A stretch of 64,000 bases of DNA from a bacterium (GCA_031385045.1 JANNBC010000024.1:64001-128000), one strand, 5' to 3'. Shown: positions 32,001-42,797, counted from the first letter of the stretch. The notes: generated by a model not told the origin, from the sequence alone. Numbers and translations: made by a program.

Positions 32001-32110
32001 TGCTAGTTAGTGGGATGATTATCGGAACTTTTTTTACTTTATTTGTAGTGCCAATTATTTATCTGAAACTTACTGGCCAACGTCATCAGGAGATTGAGAG
32101 TGATTTGTAA
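29069..32110 (+). CDS. RND efflux permease (AcrB/MexW-like)
   Basis: FIRRPVLA, GLVVDDAIV, KNGILIVEFAN, RFRPIMMT. Confidence 0.96.
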   Translation: MKISDIFIRRPVLAICINLMIVVAGYQAVHNLKTRQYPRSDLAVVTVTTAYIGADAELVRGFITTPLEKAIASADGIDYLKSSSAQGVSTISAHLILNYNVNDALTQIQSKVNQVRNDLPTEAEVPEIKVETTDNRFASMYLSFASDELKSNQITDYLLRVVQPKLSSIAGVQKADILGARTFAVRIWLQPEQMAALNVSPSDVQKALLANNYLAALGQTKGSLVTVNLNANSDLKSIDEFKRLVIKNDQNAVVRLDDISDVEMGAENYNEDVRFGGKTATFMGIWVLPTANSLEVISQVRKAFPEIQGTLPASLKLSVPYDATEYIENSINDVVKTLAETILIVIFVIFLFIGSFRAVLVPVIAIPLSLLGAIVIMYILGFTINLLTLLAIVLAVGLVVDDAIVMLENVERHVQEGKKPYDAAIIAARELIAPIIAMTITLAAVYAPIGIQGGLTGTLFREFAFTLAGAVLVSGFVAITLSPMMSSRLVTADHQPNKFQVRVNDIFERVKNAYLRLLDGLFKIQGVVIGTAILIMFCMVPLYMFSSKELAPREDQGIVFGIVQADPNASLDQTSFYTSRIAKEYAETPEAKTSFQLTGANFGFSGMVLKPWSERTRTPQQIVPEISAKVGMYPAIRAIMTTPPPLPGGSDFPVEFVISSTDTPEKLYDYGVQLVQAAFASGHFMFADTDLKFDLPEARINLDRDQISTMGLTLQSVTQELGLLTGGNYLNRFNLEGRSYKVIPQLERQARLNPEQLNSVYITGPNKKLISLSTIATIEDRVQARELKKFQQLNSVTIQGANHPGATLDQALSAIEAKAKEILPSNYQVDYMGESRQLRSEGNTFLTTMIFSIIFIYLVLAAQFESFRDPFIILLGSVPLAIAGSLVFSFLGFTSINIYSQVGLVTLVGLVSKNGILIVEFANTLREKGLDKITAVRQAVETRFRPIMMTSIATVVGHTPLIFATGAGAGSRNSIGIMLVSGMIIGTFFTLFVVPIIYLKLTGQRHQEIESDL

Positions 32111-33530
32111 TTTCAACGTAATAAAAAAAATTCTAGCAGCCTTATTGCTAATAGCTTTTAGTGCCTGTGCTGTTGGTCCCAATTACCATCGTCCAGAATC
32201 AAAAATTCCTAAGCAGATTAAGTCTCCTAAAATTGCTAATATTAGTGATCAGAAGCTGAACATTCGTTGGTGGGAGTCATTTCAAGATCCGATCTTAAAT
32301 CAACTGGTCTTAAAAGGAGTTGCTGCCAATAAGTCTGTTAAGCAGGCGCTTTCTAGAGTTAATCAGTCAAGGGCTTTAGCTAGAGTAGCATTTGCTGAAT
32401 TGCTTCCTGGTTTTCAGTTTAATAGTAGTTATGAAGAGCGACAAATCTCAGGAGTTCAGTTTGGAGGCAAGGCGAATAAATATGATCTTTATCGCTCTAG
32501 TCTTGATGCCGCATGGGAGATCGATATTTTTGGCCGACTGCGACGTAATTTAGAGGCTAGTAATGCCGATTATGAAGCAAAGGTAGCTGGCTTAGATGAT
32601 TCGATTCAGATTTTACTTAGTGAATTGGCAAATAATTATTTTCAGTTACGTTCAGCGCAACAACAGCTAGCTATCGCAAAAAATAATCTCAAGTTGCAAC
32701 AAGAAACTGTGCGCATTGTTGAGGCAAAGTTAAAGGCTGGTTCTATTGGGGAGTTAGATTTAGCCCGCGCCAATTCGCAACTTGCACAGACTAGCTCAAC
32801 AGTTGCCCCTTTAAAAGCAATGGTGAAGAGTTATATATACCGAATCTCTGTTCTCTGCAGTAAGAGTCCAACAAGATTTACTAAATTATTAAGAAAGGTT
32901 GATGCTGTACCAGTTTATCAAGGTTCAGTACAAATTGGCCAGGTGGAAGATATTCTTCAGAGACGACCAGATATTCGTTCGGCAGAAAGAATGTTAGCTG
33001 AGTATAATGCTATTATCGGAGTAGAGACTGGGCAGCTTTTTCCAAAAATAAAACTCACCGGTTTTTTTGGTTATGAAAATACCAAAGGGCACGGATTATT
33101 CAATTCTAATCGTGAGGTCTATGGCTATGGACCAACAATTACTTGGTCACCATTTGATTTAGGTACAATTAGATCTAAGATAAAATCTGCCGATGCTCGA
33201 GCCGAGGAAGCATTATATTTTTATGAAGAGACAGTATTAAAAGCCTTGGAAGATTTAAAAAACTCTTTTAACAATTATCAAGCTCAGTCTGCCCGGACCT
33301 ATTATCTACAAACTGCCTTTGATTCTTCCAAAAGAGCCTATCAGTTAGCCCAAGCTCAATATCAAGTTGGGTCAATTGATTTGCTCTCTGTTCTTGATGC
33401 CCAAACTCAAATGTTAAGTACTGAGAATGAACTAGCTGTGAATCAGCAGAGCCAAGCAACTGCAATTGTAAATATTTACAAAGCACTTGGTGGTGGCTGG
33501 GAAGCATGGGAGATGGTCGAAAAAAAATAA
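32094..33530 (+). CDS. Outer-membrane efflux lipoprotein (OprM/NodT family)
   Basis: SAC-AVGP lipobox, WEIDIFG, RRPDIR, YKALGGGW. Confidence 0.94.
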   Translation: MRVICNFNVIKKILAALLLIAFSACAVGPNYHRPESKIPKQIKSPKIANISDQKLNIRWWESFQDPILNQLVLKGVAANKSVKQALSRVNQSRALARVAFAELLPGFQFNSSYEERQISGVQFGGKANKYDLYRSSLDAAWEIDIFGRLRRNLEASNADYEAKVAGLDDSIQILLSELANNYFQLRSAQQQLAIAKNNLKLQQETVRIVEAKLKAGSIGELDLARANSQLAQTSSTVAPLKAMVKSYIYRISVLCSKSPTRFTKLLRKVDAVPVYQGSVQIGQVEDILQRRPDIRSAERMLAEYNAIIGVETGQLFPKIKLTGFFGYENTKGHGLFNSNREVYGYGPTITWSPFDLGTIRSKIKSADARAEEALYFYEETVLKALEDLKNSFNNYQAQSARTYYLQTAFDSSKRAYQLAQAQYQVGSIDLLSVLDAQTQMLSTENELAVNQQSQATAIVNIYKALGGGWEAWEMVEKK

Positions 33531-33569
33531 GCTAGAAATTGGACTATTCTTGGGCTAAGTTATCTAGCC

Positions 33570-34637
33570 ATGAATAGATTTTCTTGCTTAGCCTCTTTTT
33601 TCTTGTTTCAAATAATAAATCCTTTTTTATTATCTGCGGAATGTCGATTTGGTTTGCTTGTGCCAATCACTGGTGAGTATGCTAGCGGTGGGGAAGAGTG
33701 CATAGCTGGATATAATGTTGCAAAGTCCAGGAACGATCCTAAAAAATTACCTATTAAATTTATTCTTGAAGATTCTAAAGCACAAGCAAAAGAGTCTGTG
33801 ACGCTGTTTAAGAAATTAGTTGAGATTGATCAAGTTCATGCCGTGGAATTAATGCGCTCGCCAGTAGGCATGGCAGTTAACCCACTTTCTAAAAGTCTAA
33901 AGATTCCCGTTATCGGTGCTGTTGGTCATCCTGGTTTTGTTGTGGGAAATCCTTTTGCCTATCAGTTTTGGCCTTCAACTTTTGATGAATCAAAGGCACT
34001 CGCAAAACAAATTATTAGTGATGATGTGAAATCAATTTATTCTTTAACTACAGAAGATGATTGGTTATTAGCTTTTCAGGACGACTTAGTTAAAAATTAC
34101 CAAGGCTTAGGCGGAAAGATTATTGCTAGTCAAAACATCGAACCAACGTTTAATGATTTTCGAAGTCTAATTTTAAAGATCAAACAATCAAAAGCTAATG
34201 CCGTCTTTATGGGCCTTGCTCCAAATCAATTAGCAATTTTTATCAAACAATTTCGTGAAGCTGGGATGAAGCAGACTTTGTATTCAACATTTAATGTTAA
34301 ATATGAAGATGTTGTAAAGGCGCTTACCAAGGAATTGCTAAATAATATTACCTTCGTAGAGGTTGACTCCTTAAAGCCAAAATTTATGGAACAGTATAAG
34401 ATTTTCTCAAAAGATCGCATACCATCTGCTGCCAGTTATAGTTGTTATTTAACCACCGAAGCCCTTTATCAAGCATGCGAACAATCCATTAATCAAAAAG
34501 AGGATTTGCTTAATGTTTTATCAAAGATGACTGCCGTAGATACTTTGGATCAAGTTATTGAGGTCAAAGATCGTCGAGCTAAGTTTGATATTTTGACTAA
34601 GAAATTTGTCGATGGGGATGTTGAGGTGGTGGAATAA
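33570..34637 (+). CDS. Periplasmic ligand-binding protein (LivJ/branched-chain amino acid type)
   Basis: GLLVPITGEYASGG, EDSK, DFRSLILKIK; no adjacent permease. Confidence 0.8.
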   Translation: MNRFSCLASFFLFQIINPFLLSAECRFGLLVPITGEYASGGEECIAGYNVAKSRNDPKKLPIKFILEDSKAQAKESVTLFKKLVEIDQVHAVELMRSPVGMAVNPLSKSLKIPVIGAVGHPGFVVGNPFAYQFWPSTFDESKALAKQIISDDVKSIYSLTTEDDWLLAFQDDLVKNYQGLGGKIIASQNIEPTFNDFRSLILKIKQSKANAVFMGLAPNQLAIFIKQFREAGMKQTLYSTFNVKYEDVVKALTKELLNNITFVEVDSLKPKFMEQYKIFSKDRIPSAASYSCYLTTEALYQACEQSINQKEDLLNVLSKMTAVDTLDQVIEVKDRRAKFDILTKKFVDGDVEVVE

Positions 34638-34765
34638 GATGGCGAGGACTATAATTCCACTCTTAATGAGAACTTTTTCTTTTAAATTAAGTTCATTAAC
34701 CAGTTTTTTTCAATATATTTTATAAGTTATGACATTTGAAAAATAGATTTATTAGGCACAAGTGG

Positions 34766-35374
34766 TCAATGACAGTTGGAACCGCCAACTCCATAAATAG
34801 AATCGTACAGCAGACTCTTGCCATCAAAGAAAATATTTGGTCTATATGTTGGCCGACTGGTAAAATTTTCAACGTTTTGGTAAATGGCAAAATTAGCTGA
34901 GCCAGCTCTAGTTTTACATGTAAATGCGTAATATGTTCTCCAGAGATGCACGATAGAACCAAAATCAGCACGCCAATGGCTCATTGAGAATTGAATATTA
35001 CCACTCTTTGTTAGATGGGAAAGTAATTCGGGGCCAATGTTAATATCGAGATTAAAGGTATTTACAAAATCAACTTCCTTAGAGTTGATAGAGCTACCAA
35101 CGCCGTAGAATGATGATTTTATAGGCCCCCCCTCTGGAACAGCACTCAAGGCGGCTTCTAATTCCATATAGGTTGCTTCGGAAGCAGTTGCTAAATCTTT
35201 CATCGCCAAAGTTAATTCAGTTTGGTAAGCCTTATCTTTGTATTCTGTAAAGATTGTTAAAGAGATACTAGACAATATTCCAGCAATGACGATACTAATT
35301 ATTAGTTCAATAAGAGTGAAAGCATGTTCTTTGAATAGTCTTAAATTATTATATTTTTTATTAAGAAACTTCAT
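34766..35374 (-). CDS. Prepilin-type N-terminal methylation domain protein
   Basis: HA|FTLIELIISIVIAGIL. Confidence 0.8.
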   Translation of the reverse strand: MKFLNKKYNNLRLFKEHAFTLIELIISIVIAGILSSISLTIFTEYKDKAYQTELTLAMKDLATASEATYMELEAALSAVPEGGPIKSSFYGVGSSINSKEVDFVNTFNLDINIGPELLSHLTKSGNIQFSMSHWRADFGSIVHLWRTYYAFTCKTRAGSANFAIYQNVENFTSRPTYRPNIFFDGKSLLYDSIYGVGGSNCH

Positions 35375-35534
35375 ATAATTTAAGACCTGTTAAACCCCAA
35401 CTCACAGGATATCTTTAAATAATACCTGATATTTTTTGATTTTGATAGCCTAAATTTTATTTACTTAACCGTAAAACACTTCTTCTATTCCCAAAACTTA
35501 AACTCTAGATATAACTCTCCAGTTATGCGTAAAT

Positions 35535-35815
35535 ATTAATTGGAGGAGCAAAGATATTCCTAGCCTTTAGCAAGTTAAAACAGATTGCTTTTAGCACTTC
35601 CTGAGCTTGAGCGCTCTGTTTAGAAAAATACCTAGTCTGGTGAAAATTAAATTTTCGCTTCTTGCTTTCAAAGTATTGCTCCACAATAAATCGTTTAGTT
35701 GAGATGATGAGGATATTCTATTTTTTATGGATTTTTAAATTAGCTTATATTTGTATTTGGGTTATAAGCTATTTGGTCTCCGGCTATTGGTTTTTGTTTC
35801 AGGAAAGCGAGGAAA
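35535..35815 (-). mobile_element. IS5-family transposase C-terminal remnant
   Basis: Minus-strand translation ISTKRFIVEQYFESKKRKFNFHQTRYF...AQ..LKAICFNLLKA; upstream part broken by stops. Confidence 0.7.
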
Positions 35816-35827
35816 TTAATCTTCATT

Positions 35828-36514
35828 TTATTTTGCTATCCAATTAATTGGTATATATCGGTCTTCTTTCCAGGCTAGGACCAATAATGGACTTACATCA
35901 CTTTCGAGTGGTGTAGCTTTGTTGTTAGTAAGTAAAATAACTGGAGCCTCTCCAACTCCGGCTTTGGTAATTAATGGTAATTTTTTATGATCTGGAATTA
36001 GTAATAAGGGAGAAGCAAATATTGCTGCAAATCCGATCGCTAAGAATAGACATCCACCTCCATCTCCTCTTGCTGCTTTGCCACTTTTCACAGCCAAAGT
36101 AATTAATCCTATCCCAGCTAATAATGTAATACACCCAGTTGTCATTGCAACTTGATTTTGCAAGTAAACAAGCTCTATTGTTGAGATTCGCTCTAAGGCT
36201 AAGTTTTTTTCAATCACTACAGGATATCCATTCCAGTCACCTAGTGTTGCCTCGGGTGATAACTTGCTTTTTAAGATTTTCAGCTCTTGTTCAGTAGGCC
36301 TTTTTAAGTGCTTACTAGAACGACCACCAGAGCGTCCTCCTTTCGCTTCCTCAGAGTTTAATGCCATATTGGAAGCATTTATTTGCCCAGCGCCAATTCC
36401 TGCCCCAGCGCCACTGGAGTATGACGCAGCAGAAGTTCTATCAGAACAGAATGATGCTGCAGCAAGACCAGTCATTAGAAGGTTTTTTAATGTGTTTGGG
36501 TGGATATGATTCAT
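35828..36514 (-). CDS. Hypothetical membrane protein with Gly/Ser-rich N-terminus and two TM segments
   Basis: 228-aa ORF; no family recognised. Confidence 0.55.
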   Translation of the reverse strand: MNHIHPNTLKNLLMTGLAAASFCSDRTSAASYSSGAGAGIGAGQINASNMALNSEEAKGGRSGGRSSKHLKRPTEQELKILKSKLSPEATLGDWNGYPVVIEKNLALERISTIELVYLQNQVAMTTGCITLLAGIGLITLAVKSGKAARGDGGGCLFLAIGFAAIFASPLLLIPDHKKLPLITKAGVGEAPVILLTNNKATPLESDVSPLLVLAWKEDRYIPINWIAK

Positions 36515-37586
36515 CGAATATTCTTAAAACTCAAATATTTTCTAAGTTATGGACTATCTTAGAACTTTGTTACATGAGTTTTATGTTTTGTTAAGTATCT
36601 GAACTCTTTAATTATTAATGAAACAAAAAGAAATAATCAGATAAGACTTAAGCAATAGCGAACGCTCGTTTAATTTGTTCATCAACTAGTATATCTAGAT
36701 TTGAAAACTTTTTAGCAGTTGAGCATTACTAAGGCGACTAATAATAAATCAGCATTTATATTGAATGATTATTTATGGCTATCTGTTACTAAGCATCGTA
36801 AGTATTATTAGTGATTAGGCGATTTATTACTCCTTTAATTAGCTGATTTTTCTTATGATTGGCGCTTTTATGATTATAAAATAAGTTACTTCTATATTCA
36901 TTCAATTATAACTTTTTTATAATACAATAATCTAAAAAGAAACTACATTTTAAATTCGATATTAATAATCCAAATTTTTTGATAGCTGATTATAAGTATG
37001 AGTATCCATACTGGCAAAAAGTTGTCAGCAGAGTACGGCGCTTCTTTCGGATAGAATGGAAAAAAATCTCATATTTAAAATTACCATTGTTGTGCTGGAG
37101 ATGGTAATAAATCTGGAGACTTACTAGTATTTAGAAGATCTTCTTAAAAATTAATACTATTTAGTAGCCAGTCAAAAAACCTATTTTATTCATAATCTAG
37201 CGGATAGAGAAAAGGTCTTACAAAAAAATTTTCTCAGAAAAGAAATAATTCCGCAGTTGCTAGTCTTCGATGTATTATTCATTTTTGGAAGTTTAAAGCC
37301 GTGGAATGCTAAGTTTAGGACACGTTGGATTAATGATTTATATTTGAGAAATTTTTCTAAAGCCGAGAAAGGCTCGTTACTAAACTTTAAAATGATTTTA
37401 TTGATTTTAAATTAGCAGTAACAACTTTTAACTATATTGAGATAATTGCAAAAAAATATTTGCCGATATCAACTTTACCAAAGTTAATGCTAGAGAATCT
37501 TATTAGCTATAAAAACTTGATCCTTTAGCAGCTTGCTTTTTTGCAATATCTTGCATCAGTTACTTTATTGTGATGTACTTTTCTAA

Positions 37587-39356
37587 ATGGTCAATTCCTT
37601 AAAACTTATAGCTATATTTTTAACGTCTATTTTCAGAGACTTCCCCAAGGTTTTTATTTCTGCAATTGCATTATCAGTCATGGTCAGTATATCGGAAGGC
37701 TGTGGATTGCTACTTATTATCCCAATACTTACTAATAGTGGTTTGGAAATTGATCTTGCCCAACCTTCCCAAAATATGCCTTTACTACTGAATTTCTTTC
37801 ACCCTGCTGGATTTTCTTTGGGACTTGCAGGAGCTCTACTTGTTTTTCTAGGGATAGTGATTCTGAACGAATATTTGAGAGTTTGTCATGTAAGAACAAC
37901 AGGACAACTGTCTAAATTTTATGGTGATAACCAACGCAAAAGACTCTTTGAAGTATCAATTAATACTCGCTGGGATTTCTATCGTACTTTAAATCAGGAA
38001 ACTTTGCAGCGTTTGATAACGAGAGGAGTCACAGATCTTGAGCGGGCATTATCACTTTCACTTGAGGTGATCAGAGATTTAATTATTGTCAGTGTCTACA
38101 CCTTGGTCTCTGGCCTGATATCCTGGCAGCTGACAGCATATGTTTGTGTGATTTCTGTGATAATTTTGATTATTCTTAAATCTTTGTTGGGTATTACTTG
38201 GCGTCAGGGTCTAAGTGCCCATGAGAAGCTACAAAAGCTTTCAGAACTGATGCAAAACTACCTAGGAGGAGTTAGGTATATTAGAGCATCAACGCATAAA
38301 AAGTTAATTGTTAACCATTTTGTACAGGCTGTACAAAAGGAGAGTTCCGCCAGACTTAGGTATACTATTTCTGTTGCTAATTCCTATCATCTCTTTCAAG
38401 TTGGAGCTGCTGTAATTTTCTGTTTTATTCTCTTCTTCATAATTGATTTTAAGAAGCTAGGAAGTGCTGATCTTATTTTTTTTATAATCATTTTTAGTCG
38501 AGTAGCCACCAGACTTTCATACGCAATTAATAAATGTTTTAGCTGTGTGAGTCTCTTGCCTGTAGCGCAGGAAATTAAATTACTTATTGATAATGCCGAG
38601 CTTAATAAGTTTTATGACTATAAAACTACACGCCCAATTGAGCTAAAGCATCAAATTGAATTTAGAAATGTATCTTTCCAATATCCAGGACAACTTTGTA
38701 GTAGTCTGCTTAAGGATATATCATTGCAAATCGAGGTTGGAAAGCTAACGGCAATTATTGGCTCTTCTGGGTCAGGGAAGACAACCCTGCTGGAAATACT
38801 TGCAGGTCATATTCAGCCTTTAAAGGGAGAAATTCTTATTGATCAAATAGCACTTAATCAGTCTCAGATTCTTGAGTGGCAGAAGTTGATTAGTTATGTT
38901 GATCATGAGCCATTTATATTTGAAGATACAGTACGTAATAACCTTTGCATGGCAGATAGTGATTGTTCCGACAGTGAGCTCTGGCAGGCGCTTGATATGC
39001 TCGAGGCCTCAGGTTTCGTTCGTAGCTTACCGTTGGGTTTAGAGACCAAATTAGGAGGTCAACTTAAGCTTTCCAAGGGTGAATCTCAGCGTCTATCGAT
39101 TGCACGGGCCCTTCTACAAAATACTCGCGTTTTGCTACTAGATGAATCAACTAGTGCACTTGATCTAAGGACAGAGGAGATTGTCCTAAAACGAATTCAT
39201 GAATTGAAGAAAGATATGGCAATCATCCTTGTAAGTCACAGGCCAGGGGTAATATTAGAAGCAGATGTAACTTACATGCTACGGTCGGGCAGGCTACGGT
39301 CGGTCAGTGTTTCATCTATCATGGATCTACAGGATTTAATCAGGGAAGAAGATTAA
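37587..39356 (+). CDS. ABC transporter, fused permease/ATPase (glycan-locus exporter type)
   Basis: N-terminal TMD, GSSGSGKT, degenerate signature LSKGE, LLLDE. Confidence 0.88.
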   Translation: MVNSLKLIAIFLTSIFRDFPKVFISAIALSVMVSISEGCGLLLIIPILTNSGLEIDLAQPSQNMPLLLNFFHPAGFSLGLAGALLVFLGIVILNEYLRVCHVRTTGQLSKFYGDNQRKRLFEVSINTRWDFYRTLNQETLQRLITRGVTDLERALSLSLEVIRDLIIVSVYTLVSGLISWQLTAYVCVISVIILIILKSLLGITWRQGLSAHEKLQKLSELMQNYLGGVRYIRASTHKKLIVNHFVQAVQKESSARLRYTISVANSYHLFQVGAAVIFCFILFFIIDFKKLGSADLIFFIIIFSRVATRLSYAINKCFSCVSLLPVAQEIKLLIDNAELNKFYDYKTTRPIELKHQIEFRNVSFQYPGQLCSSLLKDISLQIEVGKLTAIIGSSGSGKTTLLEILAGHIQPLKGEILIDQIALNQSQILEWQKLISYVDHEPFIFEDTVRNNLCMADSDCSDSELWQALDMLEASGFVRSLPLGLETKLGGQLKLSKGESQRLSIARALLQNTRVLLLDESTSALDLRTEEIVLKRIHELKKDMAIILVSHRPGVILEADVTYMLRSGRLRSVSVSSIMDLQDLIREED

Positions 39357-39364
39357 CTTAATTG

Positions 39365-40525
39365 CTAATTAAGAAGTCCTAATAATTTTTTATGTTGGAT
39401 ACTACTACAGAAATTTTTTTCGATCGTTTTTCTGGCATTCTCTTGTAGGGCGATTCTTTCTTCTGCAGTCATCGATAAAAAAACTTCAATTTTTTCTAAA
39501 ATAGCTTGGCTGCTTTTTTCTTTAGTAAGTAAGTCACTCACTTTATCGTTAACTAACTCCGGAATACCAGAATGAAAGGTTGTAATTACAGGGACTCCAC
39601 AAGCCATCGCTTCCATCAGAGATACCGGGATTCCTTCCATGTCTCCATTTGCAGCTGTTAGACTAGGAAACAACATGAGATCTGCTCGCAAAAGATATTT
39701 GTGGATTAGCTCTTGCTCCTCCGCTCCGATCAAATTTATGAATTTTTAAGCATTTAAATCTTTGATAAGGCTTGCAAGGGAGTCGTGTAGGCCTCCTGCC
39801 CCTATGATCATGTATTCAACATCCACTTTCTGAGACAGATCTGCTACTGCTTTAATGGCATAGGATAATCCTTTTTTTTCAGTAAGACGAGCAACGGAAA
39901 TAATCAGAAGTGGACTACTAAGATTAGTTTTGGGTTGATATTGATAATAGTTTGTATTCACTCCCAGATGCTGTGTAATTGCAGATTGTTCGGCACAACC
40001 AAGTGTTAGCAATTTCCTTCGCCAGAAGTCACTAATTGGCAAAATTATTTCAGTTCTCTTAAATAATTCTCGATACGCAGACTGATAAAGATTCAAAATT
40101 AGATATCTACTCAAGTCGTAACCATGAAAAAATGTAGCTATTTTACTAGAGAGTAGACCCATATCTCTTAATCGCAAGGCGAGAACGCCTTGTTGTCCAA
40201 AGTGGGCAATAATATAATCAAAATCAGTTATGTCGTTAAGCTTTCTTTCCACCGCAAAGCATTTACAAAATAAGAGCTTTTGTAAGGAAGTAAGTTTTTT
40301 AAAAGCAGATAGATGTCTTAAATTACGTATAAAAAAATTATTAGATGAGGAAAGATAGATTACCTTTTGAACCGGTAAATCTTCAGTCAGCTTAAGATTA
40401 TCAGAGATTGGATAGCAAGCAATAATCCAGACTTCCGCTCCAGAATTTAAAAAATCCTTAATCTGATTAAGTACAAAAGTTTCCGTCAGTTGCGGAAAGC
40501 ACTTTAAGATAAAAGCTATTTTCAT
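39365..40525 (-). pseudogene. GT4 glycosyltransferase (WcaL-like) split by an in-frame TAA at 39746-39748
   Basis: FPQLTETFV, HGYD, RLTEKKG...DLNA*KFINLIGA...GDMEGIPVSLMEAMA; both ORFs share one frame. Confidence 0.85.
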
Positions 40526-40556
40526 GATTCAAATTAACTTTTTAAATAACCTAGCT

Positions 40557-41655
40557 TTAAATTTTTAGTACGGAATCATATTGATCGATGAAAGTTAGAA
40601 GATCGAATCTTTTTACTACCCACTCCCTGTTTTCTTTTCTTAGCCTATTTTTTTCCTGTTCATTTTGATTTATCAAAGATAAGCAGGCCTCAGTGATTAA
40701 TTGCGGGTCATTATTTTGTAACAGCTTACGGTGTTTCCTAATATTATCTTTGAATCACCAATATCGCTAGACACACAGGTTACTCCGCAGGACATAGCTT
40801 CAACTAAACAACAACTTTGTGCTTCTTTAAAAAAGGAAGGAAGGACTAAGATATCAAGAATGCTATATATAGAGGGCATCTCACTGCGCTGACCAAGCAA
40901 GATACTATGCTAAAGAATTTCATGTTTGCGCAATTTTTTAATTAGTTTCCTATTCTGTGAATCCATCCTAGATCCACAGAAAACAAATTTTACATTTGGT
41001 AATTCTTTGAAAATTTCTGGCATGGTTTCAATGAATATGTTTACACCCTTTTCTATGCAATATCGGTAAATCAGACCAATCACAGCAGTAGAATCGGGGA
41101 CACCAAGCAACTTTCTTGTTTCATAACTTTGAGAATTAGGATGAAATCTGTTGGAGTCCAGACCATTTGCAATATATATAAATTTTTTATGATCATAGCC
41201 CAACTTTTTATATTGATCGCAAGTTGCTTGAGAGACACAGATTATTGAATCGGGTAAATAATAAGAAATTTTTCTAGTCAGTTTTACAAGCAAACTGACC
41301 AATTTTTGATTACCAGGTCCTGAATCATGAATGCCCCAAATGATCGGAGCAGTGAGGAATAAACGAGAGAATTTTGAAATGAATGCTGCGGCGTGTCCCC
41401 ATGTTTTTATCACTAAATTATCTGAGAGTGATAGCTTTCTAAGCTTTTTAAATAGATAAAATAATTTGTAGAATCTAAAAGACAGCAATGTATAGGTTTC
41501 TAAATCTTGTGTAAGATCTGACTGGTAGCGAGTGGGTAAAATTGATAGGACAATATGTTGATTTATTTTACTGTTGTTCACAAAAGCTCAAAGACCGAAG
41601 CGATACCGTCCTTGCAGCTACTACCCTTAATAATATGTAAACAATGTTTAGTCAC
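40557..41655 (-). pseudogene. GT4 glycosyltransferase with frameshift (~41581), in-frame TAG (40910-40912) and frameshift (~40729)
   Basis: Pieces MTKHCLHIIKG / NG.D..RF / HEIL*HSILLGQRSEM / EAMSCG..SSDIGD / NDPQ...RF...Y reconstruct one GT-B protein. Confidence 0.85.
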
Positions 41656-41861
41656 GCAAATGGATAATACAAGAATGAGATTGATATGCCAACTAGTCAC
41701 AAGTTTCTCATTAGATTTTTAATTTCGCTATATCTTATCAATAAATCTAAATTAATCTTATATTTAAAAATACTGTGACTGGCTACTAAATGTCTCCTGA
41801 GCTAATATCTAGATTGGAATATAGAAATATTTCTTATTTCGCCTAAGGAGCAAAAAAGTCA

Positions 41862-42797
41862 ATGAGAATAAAGCTAGCACTAGTTTCTGAAACAAGTGAG
41901 CAGTATCTAAATCAAGTAAAACTTTGCTTGTATAGTTTAAGAAAGAATGGTGGATCTTTAAGTCAGGTACTGGTTACTCTTATTACAAATAGCAATTCAC
42001 TTTGCAGAAGACAGAAGGCAATATTTACTAAACATTTTTCACCAATAGAGTTTAAAACTGCTCCTAGGCTTGGTGCTATATTACATACATCTAAATTAAA
42101 TATTTTTTATTCAGTAGATCCATCAAGCTATGATATTTTGATTTACTTGGATTGTGATACGGTTATTAGAAAGCCACTTGATCATATTGTGGATCCAATC
42201 ATTAACGGAGAAGCTGAGTTTCTCTGCCGACGTGGCGGTAAGTCCGATAGAGATAGATTTGTTGACTTTGATGCGCTTGTAAAAAATATCTGTGGACCAA
42301 AGTCTAAGCAAAAGATTTCCTTTGAAGAAAAACAAGAGTGGCCAATGTTTAATACAGGAGTTTTTGTAGCAACATCTAAAGCAGTTCGCCAGATCAGGGG
42401 AGATTCGGTTGAATTTACATATGCGCTTTATGATCAGTGGTTGAGACGGGACGCTTTTGAAGGTTTGCCTGGTATAAAATATCTTTTTCACTTTGGATTA
42501 CTCCCTAGTCGAAAAGAGGTTTTACAAAATTGGCCAATTGAACAGGGAGCTATTGCTCTTGCCTGTATTAAGGCAGGTCTGCCGATAGCATATCTTGATG
42601 AAGTATATAACTCCTGGGGAAATATTGATTTTCGAATTTTACATTGTTTTAAATCTGCTTATAAATTTGATCGAGCTAAAATGTATAGTAAAGAAGCAGA
42701 GAAATGGATTACAAAATATTCCAACAGCAAGCTAGCAGGGAAAATATTTCTTTCAGATATTGTACCTGAGCTAAGAGAATTACTTGAGAAGCAATAG
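41862..42797 (+). CDS. GT-A fold glycosyltransferase (GT8-like)
   Basis: YLDCD (DxD), FNTGVF, EQ, YN, ILH motifs. Confidence 0.7.
   Translation: MRIKLALVSETSEQYLNQVKLCLYSLRKNGGSLSQVLVTLITNSNSLCRRQKAIFTKHFSPIEFKTAPRLGAILHTSKLNIFYSVDPSSYDILIYLDCDTVIRKPLDHIVDPIINGEAEFLCRRGGKSDRDRFVDFDALVKNICGPKSKQKISFEEKQEWPMFNTGVFVATSKAVRQIRGDSVEFTYALYDQWLRRDAFEGLPGIKYLFHFGLLPSRKEVLQNWPIEQGAIALACIKAGLPIAYLDEVYNSWGNIDFRILHCFKSAYKFDRAKMYSKEAEKWITKYSNSKLAGKIFLSDIVPELRELLEKQ

Noticed and set aside
33488..33504. Possible att copy of the tRNA-Ile 3' end (tggtggctgggaag)
   Set aside because: Imperfect match explained by the conserved GGGW codons of the outer-membrane factor
35662..35847. 61-aa hydrophobic ORF
   Set aside because: Antisense shadow of the IS5 remnant
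37443..37469. Sigma-28-like promoter TAAT-N15-GCCGATAT before the ABC exporter
   Set aside because: Imperfect single match in AT-rich DNA; not enough support
39746..40912. Genome-wide stop-codon reassignment
   Set aside because: The two internal stops differ (TAA, TAG), and both codons terminate many intact genes in the window
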